Shown: positions 12,121 to 25,288 of the stretch, one piece after another
How positions within the stretch are numbered: the first letter of the stretch is position 1
Layout of the letters: the number at the start of each line of letters is the position of its first letter
Assembly: GCA_964199315.1 (NCBI GenBank)
Contig: OZ116703.1
Location: 16,368,001 to 16,432,000, forward strand
Source of the DNA: Orbicella franksi
Taxonomy: Eukaryota
DNA length: 64,000 bases
Direction: 5' to 3'
The notes under the pieces: model-generated
The model's database searches: none
What the model saw: the letters and a program-made list of their open reading frames with translations, nothing else
What the model was told of the DNA's origin: nothing
Position numbers and translations under genes: made by a program

Positions 12121-15100
12121 ATGAAGCGTTCAAACAGAGGACGTCCGCCGCGTAAGGAAAGTCGCCATGTTGTATGGCTTACAACTTCTACGCTAAAGTT
12201 GTGGAACGAGCGTAAAAGAAATCTAGGATTCAAGGATAAATCCAATAGTGAATTCGCAGAGGCCTTGCTTCATGGTATTGCGCTAGGGGAAGGAAAAAAA
12301 GCAACAAGTCGATCGGAATCCAGTAGCCATAATAATCGAAACACGGGTCAAGGAAGGAAACGTGGAACGAATGTGGTCAATGTTAGCCCGGTTCCGTGTA
12401 AGTGGAATTATTTTGTTTACGATGTTGTTTGTTGTTGGACGCATTGAAAGCTGCATGTATATACAATACATATAGGCTTAAGTTATTACTAAATACTGTT
12501 AGCGTTGGGTAGCATAATATTCGCTATTGATTCATTCTTCATCAGGTAAGAGACCTTTATTTGAGTCAACTCCTCTGCCAAAGACACGTTCACAAGCAAG
12601 GCACACTCTTGCTGAAAGGTATGTTAGTGTTTTAAAATGTTTATTATTTACATATATTAGATATCTATTTGCCATAAGTTTATTTTTTTTCCTTTCAGTT
12701 TGTACAGTTTTTGTGTGATGGTTTACTTTTGCACTTCATTCTGCCTTTTATGGGAGTTTCCGGTGGTCATAAGAAAATGTAATAATTTTTCTGCCTGATC
12801 CTATTTTTTTCAAGTCTAAAACAAGCATGCAATATTTGCCCTTTATCGTAGTAAGAATAATAGTTATTAAGTAGTTCTCCATCTTCATATTTTATTAGTA
12901 CTATTGAGGTTAATGTCACTGGCTCCACCGTAGCTAGTCCTCAAGTGGATGACTCAAGGCAAACCTCCATGTGGAACCTTTCCACCTCCTGGGAAAAGGC
13001 AGCAACCATAAATCCTTCGTTTGCTTCGCTGAAGGGAAATCCTTTCAAGGACAGCACTCTGTCAGAATCTGAGCACTCTGAAACTACATGTAGTATTGAT
13101 GATGAAAGGTGTGTACTCGTACATATTTGTCAATAATATTATTGTCTCATTTGTTTACAACATCTACAGTATATGAATTGAATACATGCAGGTGAGCCCA
13201 CTGTTTGTGCATGCCAATTTTGACAAAAGCTTAGAAAGGCAAGTCACAGAATGGTGCACAAAGGAAGTAGGCTTGACCTTGTAAGGTGTATGAAGCACTA
13301 GTGCAAGGTTGTCAGCAAGATCTCTGTATAACCTTGCACGTAATTATAAAGCTGCAGACAGTTTTGAGGCCCACATTCTATTCATGACTATGCAAAGGAT
13401 AGTACAAAATCTTACAAGGTTGTCTCTTTATTTGTGACTTCTGGAAAATACCTCATGCTACTTTTCCTTAAGTAACTTCATGGGCCTTTTACAGTATTCT
13501 GTTGTCATGATTCTTCCATTGATTTTAGTGAAATAATTTGTGAGTTTTTCTGTCATTTTCATCAGTTCATGTGAAAGTGGCCTATCTGAAGATGAGATGG
13601 ATGATGACTACATCAGAGAGGAGGACCCTTCACTTGTGTCATTCAGCCAATCTTTGTAAGTACAGCATATGGTACATTCATTGACCAAAGCTGGGATGTA
13701 AACAAGCTTCATTTTGTAGCTAAGTACATGTATTCTACATCTTTGAAAAGGGGAAGTGATGCATTTGACATTTGGCCCTAATAATTTATCACAAGTTGTA
13801 ATTGATTATTGAACAATTATTGATTGAAGTTTGCATTCTTGTCTAGAACAATGCATGTAAAATTATGCATGGAGTACAGATTTGACATGTGGCTGCTATT
13901 GCAATGTTGGCTAATCTGCTAAAGCAATGAAATGTTTAGAATAGTGTCAAATATGAACTTGTCAGCAGTGATATAATTTTTTCTATTTTCAGCTCAGAGA
14001 AAGACCAAAGCACTGACCTAAGTGTGACTTTGAGTGCAATTTTTAGCAGTTACTCGGACAGTGAGGAGGAGGAGGAGGAGGAGGAGGAGGAAAAAGAGGA
14101 GGATCCAAATAGTCATTCCATCAACTTAGAGACACACTCTACATGCAGTGATAAAGACCTCTGTCTCAACCATGGTGAAGCTGAAGCAAAAGCAAATGGA
14201 TCTGTAGTAGCTACAGCTGTTGAACCTGAAATAATACTTCAACAGCAGAGTATTCAATCATCTAGCTCCAACCCTGTTACAGCCACAGCTGGTGAACCTG
14301 AAGTACAGCCTCAGCAGCGGATTGTTGAATCTTGTACCTCCACTCATGGTATTCCAGATGCTGCTGTTACAACTGATGAAAACACTCCTCAGAATAATAT
14401 GGAAATGCTTCAGAAAAAAGTAGAGGATGTTATGAAAGAGGTGTGCAACATGGACAGTGATCTTGATGAATTTTTGTCACATTTTCATAAGGAGAGAATT
14501 ATTTCTGAGGTGCAGGAGATTCTCAATTTATTTGAGAGAAACTGTCAAATTAAAGGTTGTGTTGGACAGTGTTCTGTGGTCAATACAAAATCTGAAGGGG
14601 GTGTATTGATTGTTAGCTGGAAATGTACTGAGGGACATAATGGGATGTGGGAGTCTTCTGCTGTACTTGGTGTTAAAAGAGGCCAAAAGGTCTATGCAGC
14701 TACAGTTCTTCTTGCTGCCTCAATTGTTGTGTCAGGGAACAACTTTGATAAGCTAAGCATGCTTATGAAGTTTTTGAATGTGAGTTTTTTGTCAGAAAGT
14801 ACATTTTCTCGCATTCAGACAACATGTGTGACCCCAGTTGTAAAGGAACTCTGGGAAGCAATGAAAGAGAAGGTGTGGGAGGTCCTTAAAGGTGAAGAGT
14901 TGGCTTTGGCAGGTGATGGGAGAAATGATTCACCAGGGCACAGTGCTAAGTATTGTGTTTATACTATAATGGAGCACTACTTGCATCTGATTGTGGACAT
15001 AGAGGTGGTTGACAAGAGAGAAACTGGAGGTTCCTCAGCCACTATGGAGAAGCTGGCATTGAAGCGTTTGATTGAGAGAGCAATGACAGATCTGAAGATA

Positions 15101-17291
15101 GTAGATTTGGTGACTGATGCCTCCAGCATGATCATTGCCCTTATAAGAACCCTCAAAGGTACATGTGAGTCCATCCTAAATTTTTTTTAGTCCACATTAG
15201 TAATACTCCAAAATTTTTTTCAGTCCACTTTAGTAATACTGGAGTGAATAGATTTCTTTCATGATAAACTTCAATAGCACATTAATGACAGTAAGCTGAT
15301 TCTCCCTGTAGTATAGCTTTTAAGTGAAATTTGCAAAGAAACCTATTCTAGTGGAAAAAGTGAAATAACATCCCAATATGGTTTGTAAGACTTATTTTCA
15401 TTGAATGGTTTTTTGTTTCTGTGTTGTTTTCAGAGCAAAATCCAAGCCATCTTGAGGATCTATTCCACTCTTTGGACATGTGGCACAAGTCATGTAAATT
15501 GACTGCCAAACTGAGTGCTGTGAGTACTGCACACTTATGATACAATAGTAAATGAAGCTGATAACAACTTATAATGGCGTTCCCTTAATAGTTATATAAG
15601 TATATGTATTTATACCATGCCATACAAAATATAGCCAATCATATCACATTGACTCCAATATTGTATGCTACTTATTATGTTGAATTCTTATTGTAGGCTG
15701 CTAAAGTACAAGGGTGCGATGATATAAGTCAGTGGATTGAACCCATTAGGAACCACTTTTGGCACTGTGCAGAGCAGTGTGATGGCAGTGAAGAAACCCT
15801 CAGGGTAAGTGTCAAGTATATTCAATGTCTCCCCGAATGTACTTATTAGAAAAAACATTGACATACTTCCATCCAAGCAAAAGATTGTACTTTTCCTTCT
15901 ACAGGAAATGGTAGCATTTATATCCAGGTATAGATTGGTACAAATCTTAATGGTTAAGACTTTGATTTGGATGTTTAAAAGTTCAAACCAAAGACAAATT
16001 TAAACTACAACATGCACATGTACATGTGAACAAGTGGGTAAACTGTGACTGTTTTTTTAAATAGTTTTTTAGCTGTATGCTGTTTGGTTTTGTTTAGGAC
16101 ATGTGGCTCGGTGTCATACATCATGTGTGTGGGGAGCATGAGTGGGTTGAAGGAGAATGCTCACATGGTCCCCTTGTTTCAACTGAAGAGGGGAAGACCT
16201 TCCTTGAAATGGACTCTAAGTCACACAAGGCTGTACGTGACATTGTTATGGATCGTGCTTGGCTCAAAACATTGGCATTTTATGTGAAATTTAGGTAAGT
16301 AAAGAAATTTTAATTAAAAAATTAACAATTCTTGGCATTTCTGTGACTCAAACTCAAATCAGTGTAAAGATTGATTTACACTAGTGAATAAATTATTAGC
16401 ACGAACAAAAAGTTTTTGTTGGTACTAACAATTCATTCACTAGTGTGTGCATTGAACTGACGACAAGGACACATAGGTACATTGTATTTATCCCAAGCAA
16501 GACTTTAGATTCTAAACAAACTTGTTAGTAACAGTAACTTTTGTACTTATTGTTCTACTCATTGTTTGCGTAGGCATACCAGTAAACTCGAAAGTTTCAA
16601 TTCCATGATGCTGAAGTATGCTTCGAAGAGGATAGCATTTAGGTAAGCTGGCTCATTTAAAATATACATGTACGTGTACATTTGTCCGAACTACTAATGT
16701 TTTCCTTCAATAGGGTTGGCATCTGTCATGGCAAAATTGGTGAATTTGTTTTAACATTTATTCTTTCCTGGGTAGTGGAAAGTGTGGTAAATAACCAGCA
16801 AATGTTGTTGTGTTCTGGAGTGTGAACCCTGTGCCAGCAAAAGAGTCAAAAACTACAAGTGTAGAAGTCACAGATCATAGTAACTTATTTTTGAATATGT
16901 TATTGAAGATCAGTTCCAACATTCCTTGTACCCCATGTTTATGTATCATAGAGAGAACTTATAGCAATGATTGTGATTAATCTTTTCACATTTCTCATCA
17001 TTGAATTTTATTGCTCTTTCACATTGCAGCTATGATGTTTTTATCACAAGGATTCTTCTGGCAGCATTGGATCACAATGTTCATTTATTCCGAACTGATT
17101 TGGAAGACTCCAAGGGCCAGGTCCGGTACAAAAAAACCTACAGTAAGAGGTCCAAGAATTGGAGGGTGGAGCCAGTAAAAGAACCCAAGAAGTACCCACA
17201 CTGGGCAGTGATGGCAGCTAAAATCCGATTGCCTTTGCCCAACTTTCCATATTTCCAAAGGATGTATTGCCTGTATGCAGCCTTGCGATAG
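12121..17291 (+). CDS. Kolobok DDE transposase, 10 exons, C-terminus truncated at ~17225 with read-through to 17291
   Basis: Exons 12121-12397, 12546-12618, 12899-13108, 13566-13655, 13993-15158, 15434-15519, 15697-15804, 16098-16294, 16574-16642, 17030-; all GT-AG, in frame, no stops (~824 native aa). Motifs LAGDGRNDSPGHSAKY, LVTDAS, LDMWHK, IRNHFW, HTSKLESFN, LAALDHN. Confidence 0.85.
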
Positions 17292-18613
17292 CTGTTCATT
17301 TCAAAGTCAGCATTTTCTGCTCTTATGTCACACCGTGCCCTGATAGCTATAATGAGAACTTCCCTGTCCAAAACAACATTCCTGAACATCTCGTATGAGG
17401 TTACACATGACCTCTTACCACAGCATTTGTTCTCTTCTTCGCTGGCCATATCAACACAGACATTGCAGACACACCAGTCTGGTGAGCCATCTTCACCCAT
17501 TGGTCTGTCAGGTTCGGGGTCCTCGCTATTCACCAGCTGCCTTGCATATTCAAGACTTCCTCTCCCCGTGCATAACACTTCAAGCAGAAGTCTGTTGCGT
17601 TGATCTACGGTCAGTGATTCAATGAAAACCTGATAAGTAAAAAAAGTACTTTAGACCTGACAAATGCATCTCTGGTGTGAAGTCCAAAGCAGATAATTTA
17701 TGTGGTCAGGGGTTTGTATGCTGCGATAGTTTAGGCTTGTGCTACGAATTCATTTTTGTTTTGCTTTTATTGTATTGAAAGATTTTTGAGCAACTGGTGC
17801 TCGAACAGAAATAAAATGAAATGAAGGTGGTATTTATAGTAAGGGAATTATAACTTGAGGATAAAAGTTTTCGTTCAACAAGGAAAGACCTCAAGGAAAT
17901 TACAAACGACAGCAAGAAGATAAAATATTTCAACGGGGATTGACTTTTAAGACGCGATACGAAATGTTTCCGGCATAAAAACGTAAATTGGAAGAGGTGC
18001 ATTAAAAACTATTAAAGTTGACTATGAAACTGGTGCAAGGGCAGTAGGAATAAAAGTACAATATTAGGATTTTCATCACAACTTTGACAACACTAGCTAC
18101 ACCAGTATACTGGAATTATGGCACACGTTTTACCTGGATACTTTCTCTTTCGCGTTCAAGGGATAACTGGTGCCTTTCGAATGCACTGCTAGGGCGTTGA
18201 GTTGTTGCAGTACTGCCTGGAGAATTCGCAGCGGGCACAGATTCTTTATTGTTTCTGCACGGCTTTGCAGAACTGCCACATACACATGTCGCCGCGCACC
18301 TCAAACCAGCATCACGACAAACACATCCACGGAATTTCCCACTTTTCCTGCTACAAGTGTTTTTGCACTGGCAAGTCTGTTCAAAATCATTAGAAAAATT
18401 ATGAGTGTTACATACCCATTTAGAAATATTGCCAAAATCGATGGAACTCACCACTCGTGAACCTTCTCGAGAAGTTCCCGGTAGCTCGGTGCTTCGATGC
18501 GAAACCGCAATACGACCTACTGGAGACCCGTAACAGTTTATCAATCCTTCACCAATGTTACTATCCTCGCTATCATTAGTCACATTAACGGAAGTTCCTT
18601 CGCTTTCGTCCAT
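17226..18613 (-). CDS. KolX accessory protein (CXC-like Cys cluster plus P2X7 C-terminal ballast-like domain), 3' truncated
   Basis: Exon 18613-18134 (CQCKNTC...GCVCRDAGLRCAATCVC) splices in phase 0 to exon 17629- (WCVCNVCVDMASEEENKCC...YRKAAYRQYILWKYGKLGKGNR); the expected continuation is missing. Confidence 0.82.
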
Positions 18614-19923
18614 CTTCTAGATTTCTCTCACTTCACGCACGTGTGTATGACAAGTCGCCATGTGAGAAATGTCCGCGAATTCCCGGATAATAACAATCAC
18701 AAAGGCGCGCAAAGCACACTGGTTGCGTGTGGTCCTTTAACATCGAATCGGGAGGGGCTTCACTGCGTGACTGCATTCCGTAGCTATCGAGGTTCTGTTA
18801 TTTTGATTGTCACGGTTGATATGATAAACATGATGATATGACAAACATGACATGCTTGACAGCGTAGCCACGTACCGAAATGCGAGTCCATCAAACTCAC
18901 TGTAGTAATTCCTTTCTCTTTGACAACCTCCAAGAAAAGCAGTTGTCTTTGAAACTCATCACAAGATAAAGTAAATATTCTGCTGCCATCTCCAAGCTGT
19001 ATTTGTAACGTTATTAGAAATTAGAAGCACACACCATTTGGATGATAATATTCCATTCCGTCATCAAAATGCAGTCATTTCGGCCGCGCTTTAAGTGGAA
19101 ACAGGAGCCCCGTAACAGTCACAACACACTGTCTAATGCTGTATCAAGAAACAATACAACCGAAAATTTAGTTCCGAGTAGAGGACATTACTCACTCTAC
19201 TGAACACTAATAGTGCACAGATTAAAGACAAGAGTGGCACGAGTCGATGACCCGTAGTCAGGGCATTACGCTGCTTTTCCTTATTTCTAGTCGACTAGGA
19301 GCTGGAAGACTTTTATAAAGATTGACTTGCAAACAGATTGGATAGACCTGAACAAATTTATTGAACGAACGAAGCGATGTTTTGGAAAATAACTGATCGC
19401 ACATTCGCAATCAACACCCAACAAGACCGCATCATGTAACGTGAAAATTCTGAGCAAAGGTTTGCCGGGCCGTGGATCATATCGAGACTACAGAAACCTA
19501 ATTCAGGTTGAAAAGACGAATGGAGAAGAAAAGTTTACATTTGTCCGCGACAAACGACATCGAATTGGAATCGAACAGCCGATAACTGACTTGCTTTGAA
19601 GTTGATGCAACAACGGTAACTATATTTGTTCGCATGTTCGTGAAGTTACTTCTTGTTTCTGTACGATTCTTATTATACAACATTAATGGAATTCTTGTGG
19701 GGGAAAATATATTCAATCCCACGTTTCACAATTTATAGGCTTCTAATGTAGTTATTATAGAGATGCAAATTGCACGTCGTCGAGTGAGATGCGAGTAAAA
19801 AGACTACACACCAAACTGCGCATGTAAAGCGCCCGATTATTCAGCGAGATATCGAAACGATTTACGTCCAAGGCGGAAAGCCAATGGAATGCAACACCAT
19901 TATGTCATGTTTCGGGGATTCCC

Positions 19924-20117
19924 CTGACTGGCTTCATTTGCATAATGACAGGCCGCCACGCGATACTCGGGTTTCTTTGCTACCCAAATTTAATTTATTC
20001 GAATTATGCAAAATTTAGTCCTGACTGACTTCATTTGCATAATGACAGGCCGCCACGCGATCCACGGATTTATTTGCTACCCAAATTTAATTTATTCGAA
20101 TTAAACAAAATTTAGTC
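19924..20117. repeat. 97-bp tandem duplication containing ATTTGCATAAT
   Basis: CTGACTG(G/A)CTTCATTTGCATAATGACAGGCCGCC... starts at 19924 and 20021. Confidence 0.9.
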
Positions 20118-20661
20118 TGAGGGGTTACTGACATACGAAAGAATCCGGACAAACTTTTTAAAAACTGCAATGTACTACGGTCAATGTCGGCGTCATACAT
20201 TCTCCTTGATTTTGACCGACACTACTACAGAGTGGCCCAAAAATGATCAGGCTGCAATGAAACGTCAGAAATTTTACGGTACAGTCAGAACCTAACCAGA
20301 CTTAAGTGCGCGCCTCGGTTTATTTACCTATTAAAAGTTAGCATGACTTCCTGGAGCACGATCACGAAACATAACATATTTAAACACGCATCGAGAAATA
20401 AACATTGTTTATAACAGAATGAGTCGCACGTCAAATTGAAACGAATGGGAAAGCAAAGCTAGATCATAAAAAAAGTAAAACGTAAACGGAGAAAGTAAAA
20501 TCTTACGGTGCCGCACGGATTCAGGTCAAATTTGAGAAAGACAAACAGGAAAGACAGGTTCCAGAAATCGAGCCTACATTGTATTCAAAACTTTTACAGT
20601 CAATAATTCACACTTCGATTTTTTTCAAATTAATTTCAAACTCACCCACTTGCTGCAGTTA

Positions 20662-20832
20662 TCAAAACCGCTCATCACGTTCTGTAGGCCGCTTTTGAGA
20701 TTTTTTACCAGCTCCAGTCTTTCCCAGCGCTGTTCCTTTCTTCTCCCACAACTTTAACAACACCACTGTAATTATTCCACCGATCACTGCACCAAACATT
20801 GCACTTTTCAAAAATTCGTCAGTGGGAAACAT
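20662..20832 (-). CDS. Single-TM microprotein, copy 2 (56 aa)
   Basis: MFPTDEFLKSAMFGAVIGGIITVVLLKLWEKKGTALGKTGAGKKSQKRPTERDERF*; in-frame upstream TGA; tandem TGA TAA stops, then donor GG|GTGAGT. Confidence 0.7.
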   Translation of the reverse strand: MFPTDEFLKSAMFGAVIGGIITVVLLKLWEKKGTALGKTGAGKKSQKRPTERDERF

Positions 20833-21032
20833 TCTTTTAGTTTGTCCAGATCAAGCGCAAATCACACTGCACACTGTGAAAGAGATTTGTAGCGAATCCT
20901 CGTATTGCGCGATGAGCCTGCCTAGCGCTTTGCTTCATGCGTATGACGTTCTTGAGCTTAACTTCGATCAAGTGCAGTTTTGCGGATGACCTTTGAGCAG
21001 AAGTATCGCCAATTGTCTAATTGGTCGCTAAT

Positions 21033-21185
21033 TGGCTCCTTCCGTGTTACACCCCCAGTTTTACCCCCAGTTTTAACAATAAAGTGTCTTTATTGTTTTA
21101 CCCCCAAAAGCGTCTAATTGTCTTATTTGGTCGCTAATTGGCTCCCTCCGTGTTATACCCCCAGGTTTACCCTCAGTTTTACCCC
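21033..21185. repeat. Two ~86-bp direct repeats rich in TTTTACCCCCAG
   Basis: TTGTCT(A/T)ATT(T)GGTCGCTAATTGGCTCC(T/C)TCCGTGTTA(C/T)ACCCCCAG at ~21033 and ~21118. Confidence 0.75.
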
Positions 21186-24078
21186 AAAAAGCGTAGTGAC
21201 CGGGCCCATGTTTGCCTTGGAAACGACAACGACAAACGACAAACGTTGTTTACATTATTGTGGTGGCTTTTTTTACCATGAGCTATTGTGGTGGCTATTC
21301 TTACATGCCATTGGTAATTGTGAAGCGCCGGGCTTCATGAATATTCCAAGTTACCGTTACTTGATTGGTGATTTGAATGTCTTGACGGTTAACCAAGCGA
21401 CGACAGTCCGTCAAACTGAGTGGTAACTGATGAATTTAACCACCTAAAAATTAGTCCAAGACGCATTCTTCAAACTGGTCACACTCTGCTGCCATCTCCA
21501 AGCTGTAGGTGTTTCATCGATCCAAACTACTCCAGGATTTTTCCTGAAGAGTTCAGCCGGAGGTCCGAAGTACACAAACACAAACCGTTCGGATCTGCGT
21601 TCGGATGATAACATCACATTCACTCGCCAAAATACGATCATTTCCGCCGTGCTTTCAGCGACAACAGAAGCCCTTGCTGTAACATACCACGGACACGACT
21701 GGCTAGGACTTCATTGTGTCAAATCACTCGATGTCAGTAACTCTTTATGTATGATAACTTTAGTTTACAAACCGTAACAGCCGTCAGTCAGCGATACTTC
21801 GTAGGTATCAATGAATAAACAGATAGAAAATTATGAAAATTTAGTTCCAACTGGCGAAGGGCATTACTCGCTTTACTGAGCGCAGAAAAATAAACTACAC
21901 TTTGATACTGTAGTGAGCAGATTAGCAAGGTCCGGTTCAGAATGACTTCATCTTCATTGTCCCGACAAAAAATCTTTTTGAGTAGGAATTAAAGGCATAC
22001 CTTTGATGCGTGAGTTTATAGTACTGACTTTTCATTCGAGTTACGCTAAAGTATGATTGTCATAATAAAGAAACCGGTACTGACGCTGATTAAAAATTAT
22101 TATCGTAACAGGTAACTTCACCACTAGCCACAGTGTTTTATTACAAGACTGTGGTGGTTCACAACGTAAGTCTAAAATTAACGACATTAACTGCTATCTT
22201 AAGTCAACATCACAAGATCTATCTCTGTCTGTCTGTCACAAACAAGGCATAATTTCAAAAGCCATGACAGAACTCTTCAGTGTGACGAACTTTTCAGGCA
22301 AACATGATACAAGGAAAACAATAAGTTTCGCAAACAAGATCAAGACAGGACAACAAACCCATTATAGAATAATATACCAACCTCTTACTAATGCGTTAAA
22401 TTGCGCGACCTTTTTTTCGAAATTACAGTGAAGAAAATATCCCTCACGATAACAACGAAACACTTCGTCCAGTTGACGAAGCACTATAAAAAATATGTTT
22501 GGATTAAATTGCAACAAATGTTTCGCTTTCTCAAGTTGCTGCGTACACTTGTTTTCCACTTGTTTTCCGTGAATGGCTTTGGTAACAATCTAGACTTGCC
22601 ACAAGTCCGTAACTTATTCATCTCCCTCGAGCGAAGCGAGAGGGTAATCTTCGAGCTACGAAGTTGCGAGCGAACGGCGAAACCAACGAGCCAAGGAAAA
22701 ATTATTGGAAAGGACTTTCAGAAAGTCTAGTAACAATCTTGTGAGAGTTGAACACTTGATTCAAATAACTGATTCATTTTGGAGAAGCAAAACAGCCTGT
22801 AAAATATAACATAACCACGTTCTCGTATAAAATAAAAAAAAAAACTCTGCAACCACAGCACTGCTAAGGGCGTAATGCGGATTACACTTCAACTTTTAAG
22901 CTATTGTCAACATTTCAATTCTCCTTAATGTTCTCTATACATTCCTTACAAAACAAGTTAGGAGAATATCTATAGCCTGTGAAAGCACCAGGTTTTTTTC
23001 GCTAGTTGCGAAAAAACCGTTAAAAAAACTGTTTTCACAGCGTAGATACATGTAAGTGAATTGTATTCGTGTCGAAGTCATCGAACATGAAAACAAACAC
23101 CAACATTAGCATTTCTCATTACAATGTCAATATATTATCAAACAAACTGGTGACGGGAATAAAGAAATTCATCAACTTGCACATTGCCTTGATGTACTTC
23201 AATATTCTCCTCACTAATATTAAGACATAAGTACGGCAAATAGCAAAGAGAATTCAATATTTCACTTACCTTGCAGTAGCTGTTGTGTCCTTCTTTGCAG
23301 TTCGTTAAATTTACTGAGCACAATTTGCCAGTGTCTGCAGCATTTGTAAACTTCCTGCCACGAGGAATCATCCTTCAGATTATAAGTTCGAGTAACAACA
23401 GCATTGGTAAGCATTGCCAGTTTTTCATGATCTTCAAGAAGTCCGTTAGCTTTGTCCTGGGTTTTGTTGTGAGTAGAAACATTCCCCACATCAAACTCTG
23501 TTTCAAGACGTTCGACAAAATGTTCACATGGCCAAGGTTTGTCGTCTTTTTGCACGATCTTTCCTAGTTCAGAATACAGCCTTGTGCTTGTTGACTTCAG
23601 CTTACGTTATTTAGCAGGTAATGTAAACTCTGCATTTTCAGCAAAAGGATCGAGCCAGGCTTCTTTCTCCGCTTGGAAAACTCGTTCGTCTGATCTAGAC
23701 TGGTGATCCAGCTTACCCAACATAGAGGACTGGCCTGGTCTCCCTATGACACTTTTCGGAATACCGAATCCATCATTGAGTGCTGACTGCTTCATATTAT
23801 CGACTTGTAATTTCCTCCCTTGGGATTCTCTAGAACACTCGGTAGATTCGTTCACATCGTCAGTCTTCTCAGAGACTCGTGAATCTTTCTCTGACGACAA
23901 AGCAATCTGTAAATCATGATGTGATTCTAGCTCAGAATGAGTTCTTGTGCTGCTGTCCTCTTCGTCAAGATTTAAATTCTCAGCTGCTGCCAACCTCTGT
24001 GTGGCCTTGTCAGTGGGTCCTGCTTCAATCCTTGAAGAAACATGTCCTGAAAAACACAGTTAAACTTAACATTAAATG

Positions 24079-24462
24079 CCCGGGGGATACTCTACAAACT
24101 GTTACACAGGTAAGCTCTACCCCGAGGTGCAACCCCTCACCCTTTTGTATACCATTTTGAAAGAAAAGGCAATCCCTTTTGTATACCTTTAATTAAAAAA
24201 GATACCGCTTTCACATGCTTTCATAACCAGCCTATATTATGAACAAGTCGTCAAAAAAAGGAAATCTTGTCATTTTCATGTAATATATCAAATGATCTAG
24301 CCATAAAGTGCACCTATTTGAATATATTTTAATTAAAGACCCTTTTAAATACGTAAATGACAGACTTCACTACCCTGCCATATACCTCAAGTTATGAAAT
24401 CCATACCCTTTAATATACCGAAAGCCTGATAAAGGCACCCCTTTTGGGTGGAGCCTCCCTAT
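24079..24462. mobile_element. Degraded MITE-like repeat in a TEDC2-like intron, shared with unit B (~62082-62462), so older than the duplication
   Basis: CCCGGGGGATACTC start and AAAGG(C/A)ACCCCTTTTGGGTGGAGCCTCCC end with repeated CCCTTTTGTATACC motifs; resembles cnidarian MITEs from memory. Confidence 0.45.
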
Positions 24463-25288
24463 ATCAGAAATAGTTGGAGGTTTACTTTCTTCTTTTCGTG
24501 GGAGAGCTGACTCTTTCTAAGTCATCTCTTGAGAGGTCTATTCAATATCAATGAGGCATGTGCATGAGGGGTGTCCCTGAGAAATTTCATGCAGACTCTT
24601 TCTCGACATTTGTTCCTTCAATGGACCTCTCAAGAGGCAACTGGGAACAAGTCAGGTAGCAGAACATGTTATATGAAACTTGTAAAAGAATCTTTGATAT
24701 TGGTTAATGACAAGTTAATTGTCGCAAAGCCAGTCTGTTTTTATTTGATTATATATGGCTTAACTATTCATAAATATATCTCAATCTTGTCCGTCATCAA
24801 CCAACACTATGTTAAACCTCCATTCCACTTTGCTAAAATACAGACTAGGAATATTCTCTGCTTAATCAAGAGCCAACATTCAAAAAGCCATTTGGAACTA
24901 TCTCATTAAGACTGTCCCACCAGGGGAAGCACAGGTTTTATCGTGGAGCTACTTGTAGCTGTATAATGATTTGGGTTTTTTGTTAGTCCGACCTTAATGC
25001 AGACCAGCAGTGACCATTCTCCTTATTATAGAAACAATGCACAAGAATAAAGAGGGACCTTAAAGAAATTAAATGAGAATTCTACCAAGAGAGAGCGAAT
25101 CCACCGCTTCATGGGTGGAGACCCCCACCCCATGCTGACTTTGTGCCCCCTTCCCAAGCGACAATGACATTACCTTGCTTTCTGGACACAGCTTTTGAAT
25201 CAGTTCCATTCCTTCTACCTTTGTTCAAAACACTGTCTAGGTACATCTTAGCAGACCTCCGTGAGCTTGTGGGTCGCACGAAAGACTT

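Larger units (their letters stand above)
11903..18736 (+). mobile_element. Kolobok DNA transposon, 6834 bp, both ends intact, one internal deletion
   Basis: TTAA TSD (11899-11902, 18737-18740); 17-bp TIR AGGACCACAC(T/G)CAACCA; convergent transposase and KolX genes, the known Kolobok organisation. Confidence 0.92.
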
